Shown here: positions 25,250-32,000 of the stretch, piece by piece
How the letters are laid out: each line of letters starts with the position of its first letter
Numbering within the stretch: position 1 is the stretch's first letter
The notes under the pieces: model-generated
Databases searched by the model: none
What the model was told of the DNA's origin: nothing
Seen by the model: the letters and a program-made list of their open reading frames with translations, nothing else
DNA from: Candidatus Methylomirabilis oxygeniifera
GTDB lineage: Bacteria > Methylomirabilota > Methylomirabilia > Methylomirabilales > Methylomirabilaceae
Reading direction: 5' to 3'
Assembly: GCA_000091165.1 (NCBI GenBank)
Contig: FP565575.1
Location: 210,001 to 242,000, forward strand
DNA: 32,000 nucleotides
Made by a program: the position numbers and the translations under genes

Positions 25250-27244
25250 ATGAATGAAAATATCCGTTCACTCGTAGAGCAGGCCGGGCATGTCTCCTTC
25301 GATGTCTTTGATACGGCGGTACTCCGGATCGTCAAAGAACCGGCCGATCTGTTCGATCTCGTTGAGGGGTGGTATAGGGCCACGGTTGGTCCTCTCACGT
25401 CTCGCTTCAGAGCGGTACGGGTCGAATCGGAAAGGTTGGCGAGAGAGCGGGCGTGGACGCGGAGCAGCCGCACCGAGATTACGCTGGACGACATCTACCA
25501 ATGTATGGAAGAGGGGTTCGGTGTGGCGCATGAGACGGCTGTGACGCTCAAGGATCTCGAGGTGGCGGCGGAGCTCAAGGGATGCACGAGGAACGACGAG
25601 ATCTATGCGATCTATCGCTATTGCCTTGATACGATGAGACCCGTTCTGTTCGTCTCAGATATGTATCTGCCATGCGAGGTAGTCCGACAGATCCTGCATC
25701 GGTGCGGCTATGAGCGGTTTCAGTATCTGTTTGTCTCGTCGGCCCTCGGGGCGACTAAGGCCTCAGGGAGCCTATACGAACACATCCTGAAAGAACTCGG
25801 CTGTCACCCTCAAGCAATCCTCCATATCGGAGATCATGACGATTCGGACGTCACCATGGCCCGGCGACACGGCCTGGCGACATACCGTTATGAGAAGTGC
25901 GGGGAAAGGGTGCGGCAGCTTGATCATCACAGACGCCATCGTCTGGAGCGGTGTGCGTCGCTCAGCGAGGGGGAGGGGTGTGTCGAGGCATCGATCTATG
26001 TGGCGACGGTCCTCCGCCGCCTGCTGGTGAACGGGTCGATCCGGCATGAGGGATCGGACGATCCGTTTTGGTACGAGTTCGGCTACATCTCTGCGGGTCC
26101 TCTCTTTTTCGGCTTTATCGGTTGGCTGCTCGCCCGTGCCGTTGAGGATCGGGTGGAGACGCTCTATTTCCTGTCGCGGGATGGACAGATCCTCAAGCGG
26201 GTGTACGATTACGTGTCGCCGTGGGTTGAGCATGCTCCTCCCTCGGAATACCTGTATGCCTCTCGAAGAGCCCTCAATGTACCCGCGATCACCGAACTCG
26301 ATGAGCGGACACTGGATTTCCTGGTCAGCGGAACCAGTATTCTGAGAGTGACCCAGTTCTTGGAGCGACTCGGACTTGACCCAAGCCTCTTCACAGGGGC
26401 TGTTCGAGAAGCCGGTTTCTCGGGCCTGGACCAGCGAGTGCGGACAGGGACCGATTATGTGAGATTGCGGACCCTCTTCAGATCGATCGCCGACGAGATC
26501 AGGCACGTTGCGGTGGGGGAGCGATCCATCCTCCTCGACTATTTCCGTCATGTAGGAATCCTTGAGAAAAAGCGAATCGGCATTGTGGATATCGGTTGGC
26601 ACGGGACCTTGCAAAACTCGATCAGCACGCTCCTCAGTCTGTCAGGGCGAAAGGCGGAAATCAGGGGATATTATCTGGGAACCTTCAGTCCGGCGAGGGC
26701 CATGTGTGAACGAGGGCAGGAGATGGCCGCGTACCTGTGTGAGTATGGTGAGCCGGAGTCTCGCCATGCGATGATCAAACTGTGCGTTGAGCTGTTCGAG
26801 TTTCTCCATCTTGCACCGCATGGGAGCGTGCTCCGGTTTGCTCGTCGTAACGGACATGTGGCGCCGGTACTGGAAGAGAACGACCTCGAAAAACCAAAGA
26901 TGGCAAAGTCCTGCGCTGTGCAGCGAGGCGCGTTGGATTTCGTCAAGGAATTTGGAGCGGTCTGGCAGCAGTTTCGCTTTCTGAACATGTCGCCTGATCT
27001 GGCGCTGCAGCCGTTGATGGAGGTTTTGCGGGATCCGACCGTGACGGAGGCCGTGAGGTTAGGTGATCTGGAGCATGCGGAAGGATTTGGGAATGTCTAT
27101 CAACAGCGATATATCGCCAAGCCTCCCGGAGCGCTGACGGCGTTGATCAATCCTCGAAGTCTAGTCGATCGATATCGGCAAGCCTTCTGGAAGACAGGGT
27201 ATATGAAGCGACTGCGGTCATTTGGTGGACTCGTTGGCGACTGA
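25250..27244 (+). CDS. HAD-like hydrolase family protein, standalone paralog of the C-terminal module of the 1460-aa protein
   Basis: VSFDVFDTAVLRIV...VLFVSDMYLPCEVVRQIL...HIGDHDDSDVTMA...LYFLSRDGQILKRVYDYVSPW...SEYLYASRRALNVPAI. Confidence 0.88.
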   Translation: MNENIRSLVEQAGHVSFDVFDTAVLRIVKEPADLFDLVEGWYRATVGPLTSRFRAVRVESERLARERAWTRSSRTEITLDDIYQCMEEGFGVAHETAVTLKDLEVAAELKGCTRNDEIYAIYRYCLDTMRPVLFVSDMYLPCEVVRQILHRCGYERFQYLFVSSALGATKASGSLYEHILKELGCHPQAILHIGDHDDSDVTMARRHGLATYRYEKCGERVRQLDHHRRHRLERCASLSEGEGCVEASIYVATVLRRLLVNGSIRHEGSDDPFWYEFGYISAGPLFFGFIGWLLARAVEDRVETLYFLSRDGQILKRVYDYVSPWVEHAPPSEYLYASRRALNVPAITELDERTLDFLVSGTSILRVTQFLERLGLDPSLFTGAVREAGFSGLDQRVRTGTDYVRLRTLFRSIADEIRHVAVGERSILLDYFRHVGILEKKRIGIVDIGWHGTLQNSISTLLSLSGRKAEIRGYYLGTFSPARAMCERGQEMAAYLCEYGEPESRHAMIKLCVELFEFLHLAPHGSVLRFARRNGHVAPVLEENDLEKPKMAKSCAVQRGALDFVKEFGAVWQQFRFLNMSPDLALQPLMEVLRDPTVTEAVRLGDLEHAEGFGNVYQQRYIAKPPGALTALINPRSLVDRYRQAFWKTGYMKRLRSFGGLVGD

Positions 27245-27337
27245 TCAGCAAAGGCCGCCGGCAAGGCATCCCGGTCGTGGCTTCCCGACATCAGGAGTTC
27301 CATTCCCCAACCTTCGGCTCCAACCCTGGAGGGTAGC

Positions 27338-28204
27338 ATGACGACGCTCCTGATCGGTGCCAATGGACAGTTGGGAAGCGAGTTGCGGCAGGCGTTCAGC
27401 GATGGTGATCTGGTGCCGCTGACGCATGCCGAGTTCGAACTGGCTGACCGGACGCAGGTGTGGGATATGTTGCGCAAGTATAGTCCACACCTCATCCTCA
27501 ATACCGCCGCCTATCATCGTGTCGATGAGTGCGAGGACTTCCCTGAGCGCGCATTTGCCGTCAACGCGATTGCGGTGAGGAATCTCGCCATCGCCACGAA
27601 GGAGATTGGGGCGACGCTCGTTCACTTCAGCACTGACTACGTCTTTGACGGACGAATGCGCACCCCGTACCGGGAAGCGGACCAGCCTCGGCCGCTGAGC
27701 GTCTACGCGACCTCGAAGCGTGCCGGCGAGTACTTCGTCCAGGCAATCCTTGAGCGGTATTACCTTATCCGAACCTGCGGGCTATACGGCGTGGCAGGCC
27801 GCTGCAACAAGACGGGAAATTTTGTCGAAACGATGCTTCGACTGGCAGCGGCCGGGCGTAAGATCGATGTGGTGGGAGATCAGATTGTTACCCCGACAAG
27901 CGCCAAGGAATTGGCGCATAAGGTCCGACGGTTAGTAGAAACCGACGCCTACGGGCTCTATCACATTACCAACAACGGCGAATGCTCCTGGTATCAGTTT
28001 GCCGGGGCAGTGTTTGAACTGTCCGGTGTCCAGGCCCATCTACATGAAACAACCAGCGCCGCCTTCGGCGCGCGCGCCGTCAGGCCGGCCTATTCGGTCC
28101 TGGAGAACGCGAATCTTCGCTCGCTCGGTCTCGATGATCTGCGGCACTGGCGCGACGCCCTTTCAGAGTATCTGACTGAACGCGGGCGGTTGCAAGCGGT
28201 CTGA
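27338..28204 (+). CDS. rfbD: dTDP-4-dehydrorhamnose reductase
   Basis: LLIGANGQLGSELRQAF...NTAAYHRVDECEDFPERAFAVNAIAVRNLA...FSTDYVFDG...YATSKRAGEYFV. Confidence 0.93.
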   Translation: MTTLLIGANGQLGSELRQAFSDGDLVPLTHAEFELADRTQVWDMLRKYSPHLILNTAAYHRVDECEDFPERAFAVNAIAVRNLAIATKEIGATLVHFSTDYVFDGRMRTPYREADQPRPLSVYATSKRAGEYFVQAILERYYLIRTCGLYGVAGRCNKTGNFVETMLRLAAAGRKIDVVGDQIVTPTSAKELAHKVRRLVETDAYGLYHITNNGECSWYQFAGAVFELSGVQAHLHETTSAAFGARAVRPAYSVLENANLRSLGLDDLRHWRDALSEYLTERGRLQAV

Positions 28205-28224
28205 GACCAGCTGGTTCACGTTGC

Positions 28225-28259
28225 TTGACAGTCGCATACTTGAGTATTAGAGTGTGCGA
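28225..28259 (+). promoter_or_regulatory. Promoter/operator upstream of the RHH-PIN pair
   Basis: TTGACA (28225-28230), 17-nt spacer, TAGAGT (28248-28253); inverted repeat TCGCATACT (28232-28240)/AGTGTGCGA (28251-28259), 8 of 9 matching, with inner ATACT-TG-AGTAT. Confidence 0.5.
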
Positions 28260-28274
28260 TGAGGTGATGCTATC

Positions 28275-28523
28275 ATGAGGACAACAATTGAGCTGACCGA
28301 CGACCAGCGGGCAAGACTTCTTGCGCTGGCAGCGAAACGACGGCTTCGTGGTTACTCGGTCTTGATTCACGAAGCCCTCGAACGGTACCTCGAAGAGACG
28401 CCGAACGGGGGGCGGGCGAGGGCAGCGGCCAGGGCTGCGCGGAAGGTGCGGGGCACGCTTTCGGAGAATGAGGCCGAACGGATGCGACAACGGATCGCGG
28501 AGCTGTGGAAGCGGTGGCGATAA
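28275..28523 (+). CDS. Ribbon-helix-helix (CopG/VapB-like) antitoxin
   Basis: MRTTIELTDDQRARLLALAAKRRLRGYSVLIHEALERYLEE; overlaps the downstream PIN gene. Confidence 0.8.
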   Translation: MRTTIELTDDQRARLLALAAKRRLRGYSVLIHEALERYLEETPNGGRARAAARAARKVRGTLSENEAERMRQRIAELWKRWR

Positions 28524-28924
28524 GATTCGTTCTGGACAGCGATGTCATGATCGATCTGTTCGCCGGGCAGGAGCCGGCCGGCTCGGTCATTCCGAACCTG
28601 TTGGAGATGGAGCTGGCGGGTACAACAGCCGTCACAGCCTATGAGCTCTATTCCGGCGCTTCACGTGCGAGTGAACGGGAGTGGCTCGATGCCTTCCTAA
28701 CGACGCTCACGATTTTTCCTCTGGATACGCAGTCGGCGAGACGCGCCGGGGCCATCGATCTGTCGCTCAGGCGGCGTGGCGGGCCGATCAATCCCGGCGA
28801 TAATCTGATCGCCGGGATCTGCCTGACGCACGATCTCGCCCTAGTTACCCGGAATGTCAGCCACTTCCGTCGAATTGCCGATTTGAAGGTTGTTACACCG
28901 GCGGATCTGTTCGGGACGGGTTAA
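28505..28924 (+). CDS. PIN-domain toxin (VapC-like); start at GTG 28505 or GTG 28514
   Basis: FVLDSDVMIDLFAG...VTAYELYSGA...D.......AGAIDLSLRRRGGPINPGDNLIAGICLTHDLALVTRNVSHFRRI: typical PIN acidic residues and the N..F. end. Confidence 0.9.
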   Translation: MEAVAIRFVLDSDVMIDLFAGQEPAGSVIPNLLEMELAGTTAVTAYELYSGASRASEREWLDAFLTTLTIFPLDTQSARRAGAIDLSLRRRGGPINPGDNLIAGICLTHDLALVTRNVSHFRRIADLKVVTPADLFGTG

Positions 28925-28950
28925 GGTGTTGTTGTGAGGGGGAAGACGTT

Positions 28951-29943
28951 GTGACTGATCCACGGGTGGCGGTGGGGATCATCAATTACGGCGACTATCG
29001 CCATCTTCCCGCCTGTCTGGACAGTATCAAGCGGCAGTCGCTTTCTCCCGCACGGATCATCCTGCTCGACAACCAGAGTCGCGCCGATGAGATCGGCCGC
29101 ATCGGCAGGGCCTACCCGGAGGCGCAGATTCTGTCGATGAGGGAGAACCTGGGGTACAGCGGCGGAGCGAATCGCATCATCCGGGAGGCGAATGAAGACG
29201 AGGATATCTTCCTGCTCAACCCCGATGTGGTGCTCGATCAGCGGCACCTGGAGGAACTGGTCCGGGCGATGCAATCGAATCCCGGCGCCGGCGCTGCGGG
29301 CGGCAAGCTCATGTTGGGCGATTCCCAAGTCGTTGGTGGACCGCGGGATGATGCACCGCGTCTCCTTGACACCACAGGCCACCTGATCTTCAGAACTCGG
29401 CGGATTATCGATCGGGGCCACGGTGAATCGGATGTGGGCCAGTATGACAGACCCGAGGAGATCTTTAGCGTCTGCGGGGCGGCGGTCCTCTACCGCCGGT
29501 CGATGCTCGAGGATGCCAGGATCGATGGGGAGTGTTTCGACGAGGACTTTTTTGCCTACAAGGAGGACGTCGATATCTGCTGGCGGGCTCAGTTGCTTGG
29601 ATGGACCGCTCTCTACCACCCGGCGGCGACCGCCTATCATCTGAGGGGATGGAAGCGCGGCGACAATCGGCGGCGCGTCCCCTGGCTCCGGAAATACCAT
29701 TCCTTTAAGAATCATGCGTTGATGATGATCAAGAATGAACTTCCGGCCCTGTTGCGGCGGGATTTGCTGCCGATTCTCTGGCTGGGGACGTGCGCCATGG
29801 CCTATGTGACCCTCGCGGAACCTGCTCTGTGGAAGTCGGTGTTGGATCTGAAGCGATATTGGCCGAGGGCTCGTCACAAGCGAGGTATCATCATGGCTCG
29901 CCGCCGCGCCTCAGCGGACCGGATGGGCCGCTGGTTCGTATAG
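28951..29943 (+). CDS. GT2 family glycosyltransferase (rhamnosyltransferase-like)
   Basis: VAVGIINYGDYRHLPACLDSIKRQ...IILLDNQSRADE...NLGYSGGANRIIREA...IFLLNPDVVLD...FDEDFFAYKEDVDICWRAQLLGW. Confidence 0.92.
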   Translation: MTDPRVAVGIINYGDYRHLPACLDSIKRQSLSPARIILLDNQSRADEIGRIGRAYPEAQILSMRENLGYSGGANRIIREANEDEDIFLLNPDVVLDQRHLEELVRAMQSNPGAGAAGGKLMLGDSQVVGGPRDDAPRLLDTTGHLIFRTRRIIDRGHGESDVGQYDRPEEIFSVCGAAVLYRRSMLEDARIDGECFDEDFFAYKEDVDICWRAQLLGWTALYHPAATAYHLRGWKRGDNRRRVPWLRKYHSFKNHALMMIKNELPALLRRDLLPILWLGTCAMAYVTLAEPALWKSVLDLKRYWPRARHKRGIIMARRRASADRMGRWFV

Positions 29944-29947
29944 GCGC

Positions 29948-31177
29948 ATGATGTCGGCTGAGGCGAACGTTGCGCTGATTCACGACTGGCTGACGGGGAT
30001 GCGCGGAGGAGAGCGATGCCTGGAAGCGCTCTGCGAGCTCCTTCCGACAGCGGATATCTTTACCCTGCTGCACGTACAGGGAAGCGTATCGAAGACCATC
30101 GAACAGCGGCGGATCCGGACGTCGGTCATTCAGACGTTGCCGTTTGCCGCGACCCACTATCGCTACTATCTGCCCCTCTTTCCGTGGGCCATCGAGCAAT
30201 TCAAGCTCGATGGATACGATCTGATCCTCTCCAGCAGCCACTGTGTGGCGAAAGGGATCAAGCCTCCGCCACAAGCGCTGCACATCGCGTATCTGTACAC
30301 CCCGATGCGATACATCTGGGATATGCAGGATGCCTACGTCGCCTCCGGTCGGATGGGTCCGGTGTCCAGACTGATGCTGCCCGCCATCGCCGGACGGTTA
30401 CGGCGGTGGGATATCGCGGTCAACACCAGGGTTGATCACTTTATTGCTATCTCATATTATGTAGCGGATCGGGTCCGCCGCCATTACGGTCGGGAGGCTA
30501 TCGTCATCTATCCTCCGGTCGAGACCGCCCGGTTTCATATCGCCGAGCGGACGGATGACTACTACCTGGCGGTCGGCGCCTTCGCCCCCTATAAGCGGAT
30601 CGACCTGGCGATCGAGGCCTTTAACCGCTTGCGGCGACGCCTGGTGATCGTGGGTGAGGGACAGGAGGGGAGTCGCCTGCGGCACATGGCAGGTCCTACT
30701 ATCGAGTTTCTCGGGTGGCGATCCGATCGCGAGGTCGCCGACCTTCTCAGCCGCTGCCGTGCGCTGGTCTTTCCGGGTGAAGAAGACTTCGGCATTCTCC
30801 CTGTAGAAGCGATGGCCTGTGGACGGCCGGTCATTGCGTATGGGAGGGGCGGCGTGACGGAAACCGTGATTCCGCTGGAGCGTTCAGCGTTCAGCGTTCA
30901 ACGTTCTGGGTTGCAGAACGCCTTCAGCCTTCAGCCTTCAGCCTTCAGCCTCGGACCTCAACCTCCCACCGGCGTGTTCTTCTATGAACAGACCGTCGAG
31001 GCGCTGGTTGATGCGATTGATCTTTTTGAGCGCTCATCCGATCGTTTCGATCCGGAGGCGCTTCGCGCGCACGCCCTCACGTTCGACCGTTCGATCTTCG
31101 AGAAGCGGATCGCAAGCTATATCGATGAACGTCTTGAGGAATGGACACGTGGGGGGCGCCGTCGTCGGCCATGCTGA
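29948..31177 (+). CDS. GT4 family glycosyltransferase (WbaZ-like mannosyltransferase-type)
   Basis: VALIHDWLTGMRGGERCLEALCELLPTADIFTLLH...SSSHCVAKGIKPPPQALHIAYLYTPMRYIWD...PGEEDFGILPVEAMACGRPVIAYGRGGVTETV...TGVFFYEQTVEALVDAI. Confidence 0.93.
   Translation: MMSAEANVALIHDWLTGMRGGERCLEALCELLPTADIFTLLHVQGSVSKTIEQRRIRTSVIQTLPFAATHYRYYLPLFPWAIEQFKLDGYDLILSSSHCVAKGIKPPPQALHIAYLYTPMRYIWDMQDAYVASGRMGPVSRLMLPAIAGRLRRWDIAVNTRVDHFIAISYYVADRVRRHYGREAIVIYPPVETARFHIAERTDDYYLAVGAFAPYKRIDLAIEAFNRLRRRLVIVGEGQEGSRLRHMAGPTIEFLGWRSDREVADLLSRCRALVFPGEEDFGILPVEAMACGRPVIAYGRGGVTETVIPLERSAFSVQRSGLQNAFSLQPSAFSLGPQPPTGVFFYEQTVEALVDAIDLFERSSDRFDPEALRAHALTFDRSIFEKRIASYIDERLEEWTRGGRRRRPC
30880..30950 (+). repeat. Heptamer repeats GCGTTCA x3 and GCCTTCA x4 inside a coding region
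   Basis: GCGTTCA at 30880, 30887, 30894; GCCTTCA at 30920, 30927, 30934, 30941. Confidence 0.95.
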
Positions 31178-32000
31178 AACGCCATAGCCAGTTTATCGAA
31201 AGTCTCATGCTGATTGCCGATCTGCTGGTGATCAGCGCCAGTTGGCTCGGGTCGTACTATTTCCGCTTCTATTGGGGGCCGGTTCAAGTCTATCGCGACA
31301 TTCCTGACGTCCGTCCGTACCTCCTCCTGCTCGGTCTCATCATCATCGTTTGGGGGATCGCGTTTAAAGCCTTCGGGTTGTATCGTCCCAAGCGCATCTC
31401 CTCACGGCTTGCTGAGGTGAGGGATATCGCGAAGGCCTGTACGCTCGCGGTGTTGATCCTGATTGCGGCCACCTTCTTTCTGAAGCAGTTCGAGTTCTCG
31501 CGGGTTGTGATTCTCTATTTTTGGATCTTCAGTATCGTGTCGGCCAGCCTTGTCAGGAGCAGCTTCCGCGAGGTGCTCCGCATGACGAGACGTAAAGGAT
31601 ACAATCTCCGGCATGTTCTGATTGTCGGCGACGGGGTGTTGGCGCGACAGGTCGTAGAAAGGATCCGCGTACGCCCGGAATTGGGGTTACGTATCAGGGG
31701 ACTCCTGGTTGGAGATCCGGGGATGGTCGGACGACAGGTTGACGAGCTGAGCGCGCTCGGCACCTATGAGCAGGCGGGAGAGCTGGCGGAAGAGCTGTCG
31801 ATCGATAGGGTCTTTATCGCCATTCCACTGGAGGCCTACGGACGAATGGAGGGGATCCTCCGAGGTCTGGAGAATGGGACTGCCGCCGTCCACGCCGTGC
31901 CGGATCTTCATCAGTTCATGACCTTGCGTGGCGGGGTGGAGGAGTTTGACGGCCTGCCCCTTATCAGCCTGCAGGACTCGCCCCATTACGGGTGGAGCCT
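31171..32000 (+). CDS. Polyprenyl-phosphate sugar phosphotransferase (WcaJ/undecaprenyl-phosphate glucose phosphotransferase-like), N-terminal part, truncated by window end
   Basis: ATG at 31171 overlapping the previous stop; MLKRHSQFIESLMLIADLLVISASWLGSYYFRF...LFGLYRPKRISSRLAE-type TM region then HVLIVGDGVLARQVVERIRVRPELGLRIRGLLVGD (NAD-binding-like CoA_binding_3 region). Read from sequence; not in the supplied ORF list. Confidence 0.88.
   Translation, partial: MLKRHSQFIESLMLIADLLVISASWLGSYYFRFYWGPVQVYRDIPDVRPYLLLLGLIIIVWGIAFKAFGLYRPKRISSRLAEVRDIAKACTLAVLILIAATFFLKQFEFSRVVILYFWIFSIVSASLVRSSFREVLRMTRRKGYNLRHVLIVGDGVLARQVVERIRVRPELGLRIRGLLVGDPGMVGRQVDELSALGTYEQAGELAEELSIDRVFIAIPLEAYGRMEGILRGLENGTAAVHAVPDLHQFMTLRGGVEEFDGLPLISLQDSPHYGWS

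Noticed and set aside
25772-26614. 280-aa antisense ORF within the HAD-like gene
   Set aside because: The plus-strand product is clearly homologous to the other HAD-like module; the antisense ORF is compositional.
28921-29877. 318-aa antisense ORF opposite the GT2 gene
   Set aside because: The plus strand carries unmistakable GT2 motifs; treated as a shadow ORF.
1-32000. tRNA, rRNA, retron, transposase or integrase genes
   Set aside because: None could be recognised by eye; tRNAscan-SE and Infernal runs would be needed to exclude small RNAs.

Overview
The 32 kb window is probably from a GC-rich environmental bacterium. An NC10/Methylomirabilis-like origin is only a weak guess from the style of the repeats. 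The left ~11 kb holds an exosortase-H-type gene with an overlapping membrane partner, a Tat-signal protein, lipoproteins, two paralogous secreted proteins ('N(T/S)EL(V/I)P(A/G)SR(L/I)V' family), an MNT-HEPN gene pair, and repeat-rich intergenic islands. The right ~20 kb is a surface-polysaccharide (O-antigen/EPS) cluster. It contains several GT2 and GT4 glycosyltransferases, a Wzm/Wzt-type ABC exporter, GNAT and PIG-L enzymes, and a 1460-aa GT4 + RgpF-like + HAD-like fusion. It also contains a 664-aa standalone paralog of the HAD-like module, dTDP-4-dehydrorhamnose reductase, an embedded RHH/PIN (VapBC-like) pair and the start of a polyprenyl-phosphate sugar transferase. The most interesting observations are: (i) the tri-modular 1460-aa protein and its nearby standalone paralog; (ii) a heptamer-repeat insertion within the conserved part of a GT4 gene; (iii) mosaic and MITE-like intergenic repeats with shared sub-modules in both orientations; (iv) the paralogous secreted protein pair, one with a strong promoter and a ~210-nt leader; (v) the MNT-HEPN pair with GTGA stop/start overlap; (vi) a GT2-like remnant fused to a methyltransferase. 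I found no CRISPR array, rRNA, tRNA or transposase.
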